The position numbers and the translations under genes are program-made. Below, piece after piece: positions 37,563 to 52,989 of a stretch of 64,000 nucleotides of DNA. The notes under the pieces are model-generated. The model did not search any database, was not told where the DNA came from, and was given only the letters and a program-made list of their open reading frames with translations. Every line of letters begins with the position of its first letter. The stretch's first letter is position 1. Source of the stretch: Rhynchobatus australiae (Eukaryota); assembly GCA_034780895.1 (NCBI GenBank), contig JAUZTB010000064.1, forward strand, positions 108,159,442 through 108,223,441. The letters run 5' to 3'.

Positions 37563-39429
37563 GTAAGTAATTTTTAAAAATAAACACACTTTTGGTGATT
37601 TCTTGTGAAGGGGTTTGCTTGTTTGTTAAGGCCTAATGTGAAGACATGTATATCTCATTAAAATTAATGCAATTGAAGAAAAATAATTTAAGAAATCTAA
37701 TTTTAACATAGATTCTTTAATTGATTTTCAACCAAGATCTTCATTTGTTGCAGTCTAAAGATATTAATTATTTTTAAATTGGTCAAATTGCCTCACTTGG
37801 TTACGTTAAATAAATCTCAGTATTAGAAATTTAGAAATTTATTATACAATTTAAACAAGATGTAAAACGGCNNNNNNNNNNAGTATTTATGCAAGTTTGT
37901 TGGCTTAAAGAAAATTGGTTCTTCCATTGAGTTGGTGGTGAGTTGTTCTGTGTGTCTGGGTTCAGAGCAAATAGACTTTGTTTGCTGTAGACTATTTACT
38001 CAGAAAAGAGTGCACCTTTTAAAAAGCAGAGGGAAAGAACTTGTATCAGAAACTACAGCAACTCCTCCCAATGGCTGAGAATGGCACTGTCACTACAAGC
38101 AGCCAAAAAATAAACTTACGAACTGGAATATGATGTTTCATTATACCTCCTTCCACAAGAAACCAATTTTCTCTAAACCTCTCCTAGCAAACTACAATCT
38201 CACTTCTAATTTCTCATGTTACTCCAAAATCTTGAACATGTGGCCTCCTGAATCCATGCCTGAATTTTTCATAACTCCATATTTAAATATTTACAATCTG
38301 GTTTCTACTATATCCCCGTCTTCTAGGCAGCCATTAATGCAGTTGACTATATCATCTTGTGCCTCAACTGTTATTCAGATAAATATGCATGCTTTAGTTG
38401 TGTGCTACTTTTTCCTCTGAACTACACCTTTGCTGGCCCAATATCAGATTGCTGAGTGTTTCTAGCATTTTCTATCTTTAGGTAAGATTGCTTGTCTGAG
38501 CCTAGTTATGGAATTTTCACCAGCTAGAATGAAGTTATTGTCTATAGACTTGCAATTCCATGACAAATTCTATCCCTAGTGAATGTTTCTGGTTGAATCA
38601 AGCTATTCAGAATATTCACATCTTGTTTAACCCCAAGCTAGTCTTCCTACTCCATGTTCCCACTATCGCACAAGATACCTACATCTACCTTGGTCCACCT
38701 GCTTCAGGACCTCTCTTCCATGCCACGTCTCTGCCAATCGTCTTGTGACCCATTCCTCAAAATCAACCAAAGACCACTTCTATCTCCAGCTATTGCATAT
38801 GCCCATTACTTAGAGCAGTGGTTTTCAAGGGGGTGGGGGGGCGGTGGGGTTCACAACCCTCTGTTGGGTCTTGGCATGTTCAAAAAATGGGTCAAAATTG
38901 ATTTTAATCTGCACAAGCAAGACAGTGCTGCTTCTCTAGTAGGAAGTGGTCATTGTTTATACTGTGCACCTTGTGATTTAAAAAAAAATATGCCTTTTAA
39001 GTTTTGGTGGTTTCAATGGAAATATTTTGAAGGCTGGTTCTTGTATCAGTGGTTTGATTGTGCTAATGATAAGATTCATAGTAGGTTAGCTATTGGGTTG
39101 TATGGGTGAACTATTTGGTTAAAGTGGGTTGCCTGAAAACTTTGAGAACCACTATCCTAGAGCATGCTGTTTGTTACAGTGCCTTTGCTCATTTAGACCC
39201 CAAACCTGGAATGTACTCTTTATACATTTGCCACTTGAACTCATTCTTTTCTTTTTGACTGCCATTAATCTCTGGATTAAGGTTTTGATCAGCCCTTTAA
39301 ATATTTTTTTTGGTGTTGATTTTTATTTTTAATATTTTTCTACATAAAATACAATACTAATGCTTGACAGCCTTTCAAAGCAATTGTATAGTTATTCACG
39401 AAGTACGAAGTGACTTCTCAAAATTAATC

Positions 39430-40630
39430 GTTAGTTTAACATAAAAAATAGGAGCACATGTACCCCATGTGGCCTCTCGAGTTTGCTCTATGGTTCATTC
39501 TTCATAGTTGTTTGAAATTATTCCACAGCTATGCCCTCCTGAAGATGAAATAACTTTTTTTTTAGCATTTGCCCTGTTAAGCCCCCTAGGAATTATATTG
39601 TTTCAATGAAATTATCTCTTGTTCTTAATTCAAGTGTTTAGTCATAACCTGCACGTGCTTTCTTCATTACACCTTGATCCCAGAAATCAAGCTAATGAAC
39701 CTTCGCAAAACTGCCTCCAATGCAAGTATATACACTTTTTAAATAAGGAGACCAAAACCAGTACTCCAGATGTAGTATCACCATTGCCCATTACAGTCAT
39801 AGCACAATTTGCCTTACACACCATCTCCTTTGTAATTCCATTTGCTTCCCTAATGTTAGCATTTGTGTAAAAGGATACTCAGAAGTGTCTGTACATCACT
39901 GTATAGTCTACCAATTTAAGCTTCCCTATCTCATTCTCTATCTGCCAACTTTTTGCCCACTCACTTTGCATACTTATAAATCTTTTGCAGATTCTGTCAT
40001 CTTCACAATTTGCTTTCCCATCTTTTTATTTAGGCTGCAAATTTAGCTGCAACACTGTCCCTTCTAAGTCACTAATATAATTGAAGCCCAAGCACTGATC
40101 CCTGTGGCACCCCAGGGTTAAACCAATCACCCAGTTAGCCAACAACTGTATTCTGTTAGCTAACCAATCCATCATCCTTGCTAATGTATTACTCCCAATG
40201 GCGCAAGTCTTCTTGTACAATAACCTTTTGGGAGACATGTTATTGAATGTCTTTTGGAAATCCAAATGCATTTTATCTACTGGCTCCCCTTTATCACTCT
40301 AACGGTTACATCCTCAAAGAACTCTAATAAATTGGTCAGACATTATTTCCCTTTCATAAAACCACATCGACTCTGTTGATTATATTTTGATTTTCTAATT
40401 GTCTTGTAATACTGCTGTAATGGATTCCAGCATTTTCCCTAATGACTTCCGTTTGGCTAACTGACCTATAGATATGATTTCTGTCTTCCTCTTTTCTTGA
40501 ACAGGGATGTAACATATGCAGTTTTCCAATACAGTGGGAGCTTTCCAGAATCCACTTTGGAAAATCATGACCAATACATTCACTATCTCTGCAGCCACTA
40601 CCTTTATGGCCCTGAGATGATAGCCATCAG
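39430..40630 (-). mobile_element. Decayed CR1 LINE (RT region to 3' end) in TMEM184C intron 3
   Basis: Minus-strand HLDFQKTFNNMSPKRLLYK...DWLANR and AEIVNVLVMIFQS. Confidence 0.82.
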
Positions 40631-41072
40631 CTTTTTAGGAGAATAATCTGCCATTCAATTCCACTAGTTTCTTTGGTGATTGTTTTAAGTTCCTATGACC
40701 TTTTATTTTGAAGTTCTGTTTTCTGTAAGATATGTTAAAATAAGCTATTTTTGAAGGAAATGTAATTTTTTTTTCTTTAAATAACTTGGATGAATGAGTC
40801 AAAGAAAATGTATTTTGGAGCACATTGTTTCAAAATGGAATCGTTTAAGATAAATTGTGCAGTTATGTGTCTCCTTTTACCTGCAACACCAAACTTGGAA
40901 ACCTCAGATATATAACATTTGTATCAAGGGATTAGAATTTAGGAAAGTGGAAGTAAAACAAATTCTAAATATTTGATGGGGTCATGTATTATCTAAGTTT
41001 TTAAAATAAAAAGAATTTGAAGTACCAATTATGCAACCGTTTGATGTTTAGACACACCTGTGATTTGTGTAG

Positions 41073-41330
<258 letters not shown>

Positions 41331-41694
41331 TAAGTAGCAATCCTTACACTATTTACTCATCTCTTAAATGTAAAATCTGAAGTTCCAATTTTTCCATGGA
41401 AGTTTTAAAAGGAAAGTTGCTGGAAATGCAAATTGTTTTTACTAAAAGTTAAAACAAACTGACAATTGAGTACATCCCATGCATATATCTAAGAAAACAA
41501 AACCTTTAAAATAAATCCTGTAAATTTAATTTGAGTTGTGCCACATTATATTGCCTGCTATATATTTTTCAGTGCTGTAGATTCCAGTTTGCAAGATCAT
41601 TTTATCCCATAGTGTAACTTCTTATAATCTGAAAATAAGACATCTGTGGAGAACAGCATATTGCCTTTGTACTGCTTTTTAATTGTTCTGTATT

Positions 41695-42124
<430 letters not shown>

Positions 42125-42932
42125 TAAGTAATGCTTTGAAGCAATGAATGAAAATCTGTTTACCACGGTTTATTCCTTTGCTTATAAAGGACACCAAACA
42201 CGGTTTTTATTTTAACCATGTCCCAGTGTCACAATATCTGTGAACATCAAACTTTCAAACTCTGTTTTGCAAGTTTGGATCAGACAGGCAAATGTCATGG
42301 CCTGCCCAATGTAGCTGACTGAGTGTAGTTAGGGCCTGGGACAAGATACTGATGGTGGTTTTCTTAACTTTCCAGTAAATTTGGAGGACTTTGCAAAGAT
42401 AGCATTGGTGGTATCTATTCAGTGCCTTGAAGTGCCTGCTGCAGAAGCATACAGGAGGGAATGGAATCACTGCTGTGTGCTCAACCATCAGTTTTGTGCT
42501 AGGCCTGAGTCTTCATCGTCAAATACTTCTTTCCTCAATTGACTCAAGGTTGTGCTTGTGCATTAAAGGCAGTGGCATCATCAATGTTTGCCTTCACCGA
42601 GGGGTGACTCCCAAGATGTGAGAAGTGGTTCACATTTTCCATGGTTTGGTTTAAGTACCTATATTGTTGGAAGCCAGTTTGGTACAATGGGGGCAGGTTA
42701 GCAGAGGACCTTGATCTTGTGGATGTTGAGTGTAAGGCCCAACTTTTCGTGTGCTTCAGTGAATGAGTTGATGATGGATCGGAGCTTACAAATGCATGCA
42801 TCGTCTGTAGCTGGGCTACTTGGGTTTGGGTGATTTAGATTCTGGTGTATAGTCACATATGATTGACTCTTAATTGCCCTCTGAAGTGACTTAGCAAGCT
42901 ACTTTGTGAGTGAACCAATACAAGGATCCTCT

Positions 42933-43616
42933 GATGAAAAACATGATGACGCTGGAGGAACTCAGCAGGCCAGGCAACATCCGTGGAGAAAAGCAGGTGG
43001 TCAATTTTTCGGGTCAGGACCCTTCTTCAGGACTGAAGATAGGAAAAGGGGAAACCCAATATATAGGAGGGAAAAGCAGAACAGTGATAGGTGGACAAAG
43101 GAGGGGAGGTGGGTGGGCACAAGGTAGCGATAGTGCAAGGCAGGCGCGGGGGAAGAGGGGAGAGCAGACCCATCGGGGGATGGGTCAAAGGTAAATAGAG
43201 AAAGGAAAAAAGGGGTAGATAAATGAGAAAGAAGAAGCCTGTTTTGTTTTTGGAGGGGGGGGGTGGGTGGGATTACTTCAAGTGGGAGAAATCAATGCAC
43301 GTGCTGTTAGACTCAATGATCATGAGGCACAAACACCCCACCAGGCTTCTTCTCTTCTTCCCTTTCCTAACCCCTTTTTTCTACACCTTTTCCTTTATTT
43401 NNNNNNNNNNNNNNNNNNNNNNNNNNNNNNNNNNNNNNNNNNNNNNNNNNNNNNNNNNNNNNNNNNNNNNNNNNNNNNNNNNNNNNNNNNNNNNNNNNNN
43501 NNNNNNNNNNNNNNNNNNNNNCTTTTCTCCACGGATGCTGCCTGGCCTGCTGAGTTCCTCCAGCATCATAGTGTTTTTCATCTAGATTCCAGCATCTGTA
43601 GTTCATTGTTTCACAC
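42933..43616. mobile_element. Fold-back Penelope-like insertion in TMEM184C intron 5
   Basis: TSD ggatcctct at 42924-42932 and 43617-43625. Arms 42933-42992 and ~43522-43582 are reverse complements. Includes an N gap. Confidence 0.85.
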
Positions 43617-44443
43617 GGATCCTCTCCTCATCCATGTACAGTGGCAGCTGAATCTGTCCATGATAGAACTGGTAGCAGTTACCACTATGGAGTCCTCAAG
43701 AAGACAAAGTCCTGAGGACATGTTCTATCATATTGTGTGGCTTTAAAAACATGCTAAATAGAATAACTATACAATATCTGATTAAGTTTCAAAACTGGGC
43801 ATCGATGAGTGCTGCCTTCCATTAGCAGCAGCAAAAATGTACATCCCTGTAATCTGTAACCTCTTGTTTTATACTGAGAGGTGAGGGCATGGATGGATTT
43901 GGCTTTCAAATTCTCATGCTAAGTGCTTAAGATGTTGTTAGACCAAAAGAAGTAAACAGAGGTTGATCTGTGAGCATGGCTGATGTCTGGATGGGATTTA
44001 GTGAGAATGAGAACATGGGAAGTAAAGGTTAGGGTGCACTCAAGTTACATAAATGGTTTGTATTTTGGAATTGGTAGTATAACTTCAAAATCTGTGGATG
44101 ACATCAAATTTTGGAGAGGTGTCTAGGGAAGTTTCTCAGTGTGTGAGCAGAAGCCTGAGATTTACTTAATTTTAAATATTGAAAGCTGATGGTCCTGAGC
44201 CAAATCACTGGCAAAGTTGGCATGATCTGATATGTTGTTCATTTTGTTTAAATAATTATTCACAGGCTGACAGTTAGGGCTACTCAGTTATAACAAAAGC
44301 AGTGTGATTCTATTAATTAAAGGCAGCTACCAGAGAATGATGTGACATTCTTGATATTTAATTTTGTTTTAGGATTTTGGCATGCAAGCCTTGGAGGTGG
44401 GCAAGTATGCTATCAAGTAGTGTGCCTTATTCAAGGTCAGTAA

Positions 44444-44587
<144 letters not shown>

Positions 44588-44848
44588 TAAAAATGTAATT
44601 TTGATCTTCCTAGTTTGCTGCACTTGATTCAAAAGTTTGGAGACAGTTTGTCTTTTGTGTTGGTCTTACGTTTAAGGATTTTTCAACCTTCTTCCTCTGT
44701 AAAACGAAACTTAAGTTTTGATTAAATTTTGAGAAGAAGCAGCTATTCAAACAAAAGTAATTTCTAATTCACTCAAAATCATAGGCACATATAACCATAT
44801 TTTTCTATATTAAAGACATTGTATAAGTGCTTCTGCTTATTCTTGTAA

Positions 44849-44992
<144 letters not shown>

Positions 44993-45522
44993 TAAGTATT
45001 TTTAAAAGTAGCTTTTGTTTTATTCTCCTAAGACTTTTATTCCTTGGTTTTTTTAAAAAAAAAGCAATAATTCTCTTAAAGTTGAATTTAATAATTGGTT
45101 GAATACATTTATGGAAAGAACAAAACCCAAATGGTTAAATTGCTTTTTTAATCATTATATTCAAGCTGTCCTGTGCTCTCCCTTAAACATTTAAAGCTCT
45201 AGTTACAATCTTTTGCTTCCTTTTCACAAAGGATTCACTAATACATGCACAGGTTTCGCTTTATATACCACAAGTGCTCTCATTCTGCAGNNNNNNNNNN
45301 NNNNNNNNNNNNNNNNNNNNNNNNNNNNNNNNNNNNNNNNNNNNNNNNNNNNNNNNNNNNNNNNNNNNNNNNNNNNNNNNNNNNNNNNNNNNNNNNNNNN
45401 NNNNNNNNNNNNNNNNNNNNNNNNNNNNNNNNNNNNNNNNNNNNNNNNNNNNNNNNNNNNNNNNNNNNNNNNNNNNNNNNNNNNNNNNNNNNNNNNNNNN
45501 NNNNNNNNNNNNNNNNNNNNNN

Positions 45523-45678
<156 letters not shown>

Positions 45679-45989
45679 TAGTTTGCAAGGATGGTTAATT
45701 AGGAACAGGTTATTTTTGGGCTAGCATTGTTGAGAAGAATAATTGTAATGTGATAAAATTTTATATAAAGACTATGTGATCCAGTTTGATCTGAAACCAG
45801 TGCTTTTAAACAAAGTGAATGATTTTGAAGGGTGTCTTTAGTAGATTGCTGCAGTGAAAGGTTTTACAATGTCTAACATTGAAAGAATTAATACATCATT
45901 TTTTACAAATGTATGCCCCTTCTTAAAGCATAAAGGAAGTGTGTTCCACTCGTGGCAAACAAGGTTATAAGTAATGGGTTAAATTGTTG

Positions 45990-47232
45990 CCCAAAAGAGC
46001 AGTAAGCCTGAGAATTGGGAAAATTCCAGAATTTGGCAAAAGAGGATCCAAACTCTTTGGATAGTAGAAAAGGAATATGAGAAAATGAATAAAGGAATAT
46101 GAATACAAATAAAGGAGTATTAGAATATGAGCACACATACAGTCTGGAAAAGCTGTTGTAGATATTTAATCAAAAAGATGAGCAAAAGTTAATCTGAGAC
46201 AGAGACGGGAAATGAAATAGGAAATAAGGAAATGGCTGAGAAATTAAACAAGTACTGTGTGTCTGTCCTTATGGAAGAAGGCATGGAAAATCTCCTGGAA
46301 ATGTTGGAAGACAACTGGTTTAACGTGAATGAAGAAGTTAAAAGAAATTAATTTTCTTTAGCAATGCTAACATTGAAGGAACTAGTGGATGGTAAACACT
46401 CAATTTCATCTATATTCCAAAGTTTTGAAAGAAGTCTGTAGGTAGTAGCTACGCTGATTGTCATTTTTCAAAAATTGCATTGATTTTTAGAACTGTTTCC
46501 ACAGATTAGAAGGTAGCCAATGTAGCCCCACTGTTTGAGAAAGGAGGGGGAGAGAAAACTGGTAGCTCCTGTTAGATTCACCTGTCATGAGGGAATATAC
46601 AACACAAGGTTGTTTAACAAAGTTGGATCACATGAGATTGGGACTAATGTTTTGGCTGGAACTGAGTGTTGGCTAACAGTCAGAAATCAGAATAGGAATA
46701 AATGGGTCATTTTCAGGTTTGGCAGCTGTCACCAGTGCTGGGGTCTCACCAGTGCACAATTTGTTTGGATCAAAATTTGCTGCTGATACTAAACTAGGTG
46801 ACAGTGTGGTATTTGAGGAGGATGCAGAGAAAGTATAGACCCAGCCTGCTTAATCTCTCTATGTACAACAAANNNNNNNNNNNNNNNNNACAGTTTAGAA
46901 GAATGAGAGGTGACTTCATTGAAATGTCCAAAATGCTTGCAGGCCTTCACACTGCAGGTGCAGGGATGCTTTTCCCAGGCTGGGGTGTCTGCAACCAGGG
47001 GGACACAGTCTCAAAATAAATAATCACCCATAAAAGATCAAGATTAAAAGAAACTTTACCAGAGATTGGCAAATCTTTGGAATTTTCTACCCAAGAGTAT
47101 ATTCAAGACAGAAATTGATAAATTTTAGTGGAGGAAAATGACACTGAGGCAAAATATCAGCCATGATCTTATTGAATGGTGGAGCAGGCACAGGGATTGA
47201 ATGGCCTATTCCTTTTTCTTGCATTCTTATTT
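45990..47232 (+). mobile_element. Decayed CR1 LINE in TMEM184C intron 8
   Basis: RLFNKVGSHEIGTNVL...WLTVRNQ, FRRMRGDFIE, and 3' tail aatggcctattcct. Confidence 0.8.
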
Positions 47233-50200
47233 CTGGCTTCAAAGTTTGAATCTTGGGTATGAGGGTACAGGTCACTCCTAGTTACTGATGGAATTAGGTT
47301 CCTACCCTTTTGTGTGAGAATTCATATGGTAGGTTGTATATTAAACCCTTCGGTCTCACTGGGGATACATTACAGAAATACTGAGAGCATATATTGTGCT
47401 GGTAACTCTCTGCTGTTTGTTGCTTCAGTGGTAGCCACCAGTTAAGAGTTGTAGTAAATTGTGAGAACTGTCAGAAGCTAGTCAATCTCCTCCCCATAAG
47501 AATGTAATAAATCAAGAGCAAACTTCTTGTTTTTACAAGCCGAAACGTACAAGTTACTCATGGAATCTCTGTTACTGCCAAATGGAAGAGTGCATTTGCT
47601 GAGAAGTATTTTTCCATTTTAAATGCTTTTTGCTTAAACAGGCTCATTTTTCCAATCAGAAGGACTGTGTTAAATATGTCTGTTTTGAAAGACAGCCTCC
47701 AAATGCATTCCCTACCTTCAATGTAGCAAACAAAACCTTTTAAGCAACAATTTAAAAAAACCTGTTGCTGCAAAGATTTGAATAAACATTTGCTATCTGG
47801 GNNNNNNNNNNNNNNNNTAGATATGCAGATGAGATACTGTCACCATACATTAAACAATTATTACTGTGTAAAATAGTGACCAAGTATTTTCCAATTTTTT
47901 TCTCCAGATGTGTAATTTTAAATATGGAGAGGAGGGAGGAAGTTCACAATAGAATAATTGAACACAAAATGCACATTAATTATAAAGTTCCAAAGTTAGT
48001 TAGATTTGGAGATAATGCTGGGGAATTTAAAGTTAACTAGGGAAGGAAAATACTAAGTAATTTTAGGTGAGTTAATTTATCTTCAGAAGTGAGGGAAATT
48101 GCATCAATATAAATAAATGTCTTTTCCAGAAAGGTGATTTAAGTCTAGCTGAGGGGCCCAACCTTTGTGCTTAAATTGAGCAAAGGTTGTTGCAGTTCTG
48201 CCAATATCATGCTCTTGGACGTATGCAGTGATGTCAAATGGTATTTAATGCTCGTAGAACACTACATTCCACATGAGGCTTGCAAGAGCACTGAGGAAGA
48301 TCTTAAGTGGAAAGTTCATTTTTTTCTGCATGAATCAAAGAGCTCCTTCAAACAATTCGAAGCTTCCATCTTCCTCCAAATTTAGAATGCTGCTTTAATG
48401 TGCCAATACTTCTGAACAATCCATCCAGTCCATGTGTATGCAGCCATTCCCCTCCACCCAAGTTCTCTTCCTTCTATCTGCCCCTTAATCAAATACCTGG
48501 CACCTTTTCTACAATCGTCTCTCCTATCCACCTACACTGCACACACCTCCCTTGCAGACTAATCTCTGACCTACCATCATTGCCTCCCACTCTGTGGTCC
48601 TCCCTCTCTTTTTCTGCAAGCCCCACAATGGTGGGAGGTCATGAAGAAAGGGACTTGAGCCTAGTGCATTGTAAAAACATTGGAGGTCTTTCAGTAGTTG
48701 AACCATAGATTGCTCATCTCTGGTCTAACTGAAAGAAGCTGATTGTTACACATTCATGTGTTATACAGAGGAAGATCAATGGGACCAATATGATTATCAT
48801 TAGGCATTTGTTTTAATTGGTTAGAATTTGGTCATTTGATAGGAAATTTGCTGGACAGTAATAAAAATGAGAATAGAGTACAGTAATAAAAATGTTGAAT
48901 TGACAAAAGAGCAAATATAAACAGAGCAGTGATGCTGCTGTATTTTGGAGAAGGCACTGCTTATAAAAATGAAATATTAGAAACAGTGACTTGAAATTCC
49001 AGTTGGGAATGGCAGCTCCTGCAACTAAACTACTAGATAAGGTCCAGAAAAATGAACAGAAACTATAGTTCTTGCCATGTTTGGCCAACTGAGATTTTAT
49101 AATTTGGTTGCTGAGAGCAGATGGGTTAGGTGGTTTAAAAAGTGAGGATGAATCCAATAGGCCCCAGGAACTTTGAATATGACTTTGTCATTAGTGAATT
49201 CTGCACCAGTTGAAGACTAGCACATCACACAGGGACCATGGGAAAGGCTCTCAAAATTAAGGTAAATTGAGCATATTGTAAAATAATGTATTTGAGAGGC
49301 AGACATTTTTTCAAAAGTACATTAAAGATTTGTAAATTCTTTTAAATATATTCATAGGTGATAATTCACAAGACAGAATGTTCCATTTAGTTGCAAAATT
49401 TTCATTATGATCAACATGGTAATATTTTTTATATATAATTTCTCTGACCAGATTGAGTAGTTCTGACACTGGTTCAGCCCCTCTGTGTGCAGTGGTGGGA
49501 GAGCCTTCAACTGTAGCCTATTCCCAAAGAGCCTTGTGTGGCTGCCCAAGATTGTGTTCCTCAGCACATAGTACCAGACTTTGGAATGTACCAGTCTGCA
49601 ACCCCTTGGGTCATATTGCTCTTTCANNNNNNNNNNGGGTCAAAGGGCCTGTTTCTGTGCTGTAAGACTCTATGAACTTGGCAAGATCAAAAGGCATCTT
49701 TCAATGAGGTGGATAATCTTCCAGCAGTGGTTGATGTTTGGCTCTGTGCATTTTTCTGAAAAACCTGTGCCCTGTGTTATGCAGCTGCTTGGAAAGATCT
49801 TTGATAAAGATCACCACACCCCTTTCAAGACTACCTTGGCAAATGCGTATTCCAGAAGGAGGTTGTTTTATCCATGAGGGCAGCATGTGGTGTTTCTGAG
49901 ACTGACTGTGCATGAGGGATCTGACAATGAGAGCCCTTTTCATCGCCAGCAGAGCAACTTGGAAGCTGTGAGGATGCATTTTGCCAAATGACCTTGACAG
50001 TCCAATCAAGGGTACATCCAATGGAATACACTGTCAGAGAGCCCCAAGACCATTCATTGTAGAACTTTGATTGATGTAATCTTCTGTACAAACTTTGAGG
50101 GATAAGTGGTATGGCAGGATTCACTGAATAGAACATTATGCAGCAATATGACCGGACACATTTTCACAACACCAGCAACAGAAAGAACCTCACTGTAAGG

Positions 50201-50430
50201 TGACACTTGGTGTTTGCATTCTGAGACCTGCACAGTTTGATGCATCCATGCACAAAAGTGGCCATCAGAATGTTTTTATTGAGTACAAACAAGCCAATTT
50301 GGCTCCATTAATGATCTACATTTGTCTCCAGCCATTCCTCAATGTAACATTCCTTTAATTAGATACAGTTAAATATATTAACTGTGGGAGCTGGCTAAAA
50401 TGAAGAAATGTATAACCTGAAACAAAGTAA

Positions 50431-50649
<219 letters not shown>

Positions 50650-52425
50650 TAGTGAGATCATTTGCATGTTCTAAGTGTGTTCATTGACACTATTTAGATT
50701 TTTAAAGTGGAGAGATTTCAACCTTTGTAGTACAAAGGTGTCAGTTCTTAAGTATCATCTTGAATTAGTTCCAAGTGAAACCAGTGACAATTTTGTGTTG
50801 TCTCAATAGTAATCATGTTATTAGAAGAGGTCTCCCAGTAATACTGTACTATATGTTGTATATTCCAAGACTAGAAATAAATACTTGTATATGGAAGCTA
50901 AAAGGTAGAGAGATGTCTACTTAACCAGCCAATAGAAATGACCCTTGCAACAAAGCAGCATTTAAAACATGTTCTTTATTGACCTGAGCTCATCTGGCCC
51001 AACGATCTAGTTTTGGACAGGACTCCATGTATCCGGAAGGCATTCTTCAGAAGTAACTATCAGGCTAATTTCCCGCTTGGAATCCAATTGAGGAGGATGG
51101 TTCTGATTTCAATCTGTTCTTGAACCAGCTGACCTCAGTCTGGATAATAGTGTGAGAACCGCATTTGGTCTTTGCTTTTGGGTTTGCGAGGTGCAGATCA
51201 TTCATTGGATGAGGACTGTTTGTGCTCAGTTGTCATACTTCCATTGTGAGGAAGTAAATCTGCTTGCTATTGCTGATTTGGCCAATCACCTTAATGTGTT
51301 CATTAATTTTCCTCTTTGAGCTCTTGAAATTAACTTGCAGCCAAGGCGAGATTAACTGACATAAATTCCTAGATTATTTGCAAGCCTCTTAAGCTTTGGC
51401 ACATTTCCCATTTCCTGGAAAATTTTGTAAATTGGTTAGTGCTGCTAACATCTTACCAGGCTCTGGGATGCACATCCTTCATGGCACTTAAAGATTTCCA
51501 TTCAGTCTTAAGTACATTTTGGGCAAAAAAAAAACTTTTGAATGTTTATCTTCAGGGTGAATAATTCCCTCCCTCAAGTACTCCCAATTATCCTATTTTC
51601 ATCTTAGTTAATGAAACCTGAGACACAATACTACATAACTGCTATTTCCCCCGACTGTCACAAGATGGCCTTCTTTCTCCAAAATTTATATATGCATTGA
51701 AAATATTATTCTTTCCTCTTGTAGCTTTTGAACCAAAAGCACAGGTTTTAAACCAGTAGTAGTACAATGACAGCTTTTTATGGCTGCTGCATTCCTGCAG
51801 ATAGTCCAGTTTTGTCACAGATTTGACAGGTGAGGAAAATTGTCTGGGAAATCGGAGATTGACCAATGAAAACCTAAACTTGGATAGGTGGCAGGTTATC
51901 ATTTTGCCAGGTGGTTCCCATGATCTACAGGGTAATTTCATTGTCAGTAAAAGGATATGAATAATAATTTGTAGCTGGCAATAAGTTTGCATCCAACATT
52001 TGTGCGCAAATGCATAAAATCTATGGCTTGTAGATTCTGTAGTATATTCTAATGGTTAATCTCAAATTGGTGCAACANNNNNNNNAGGGTGACATTCTGG
52101 ACACCCTCCAGACCTACCTAATGGATAATACAAGTATGCTCTCCTAACTAGTCTCCAAACATAACTCCTTTTATAAATAAGAAAATGTTCTGATTAGAGA
52201 ATATTTAGTTTTACAGAATTTGTTAATGGTAGTCCAAAGTTCTGGTTAATAAACATAAGCACAGTTAAGCTAATGATGTCATACATGTATCTGGATGGTA
52301 GCTGCAGGGTAAATTCAGTGAGTAATGCAGAAATACAGTTAGTGCATCAAAATAAAGGTAATTTGTGGATCTTACTGAGGTGTACTCAACCCTATCACTT
52401 GTTTCTGAATATTTAAATTTTACAG

Positions 52426-52679
52426 GAAGGACTGTGTTGGGTCGACCAAGGAAAACAAATGTTACTGTCGAAGAGGAGCACAATGAACATACCAGCCTTC
52501 TCTCTTCAGCAAGCCAGGACCTGAATTCTGACACCCCATCTCTCCCACCTTCTCCAATGGGATACTATCAAGGATTTGGACAAACACATGCAGCTCTTGC
52601 ACCCCATGCTATTGATGATTTACCAAAAGAGAAAGAAAATGAAGATGCCTTAAATTCTGTGCCCAGCAATTCACCATAA
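52426..52679 (+). CDS. TMEM184C: TMEM184C last coding exon
   Basis: Acceptor ttttacag, (G)RTVLGRPRK...NEHTSLLSSASQD...SLPPSPMGYYQGFGQT...PSNSP, stop TAA. NEHTSLLSS and PPSPMG.YQGFG match TMEM184C. Confidence 0.94.
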
Positions 52680-52989
52680 AACTCCTGATCGAGATGAATG
52701 CATTGTTGCTTAAATTTTGACCTCAAGTTTGCTTTAATGCCACATCTTCAGATGGTACTATGATAACCAGACTGAGCATTATGGATAAACTCAACTTGAA
52801 AAATTAAATACAGAAGTCTAATGCTGTATATTAAGACAAGCAAACTGATGATTATTGATAAGTGTTGAACCAATATATGCACAGAAATTTGCAGTTTAGT
52901 CATATGAAATAACTAATTGTACTGTATAGAATGTCTAATGGTTTTAAATGGAAGAAATTGCAAAATGTTGTCCAAAGCATTGCAGAAAT

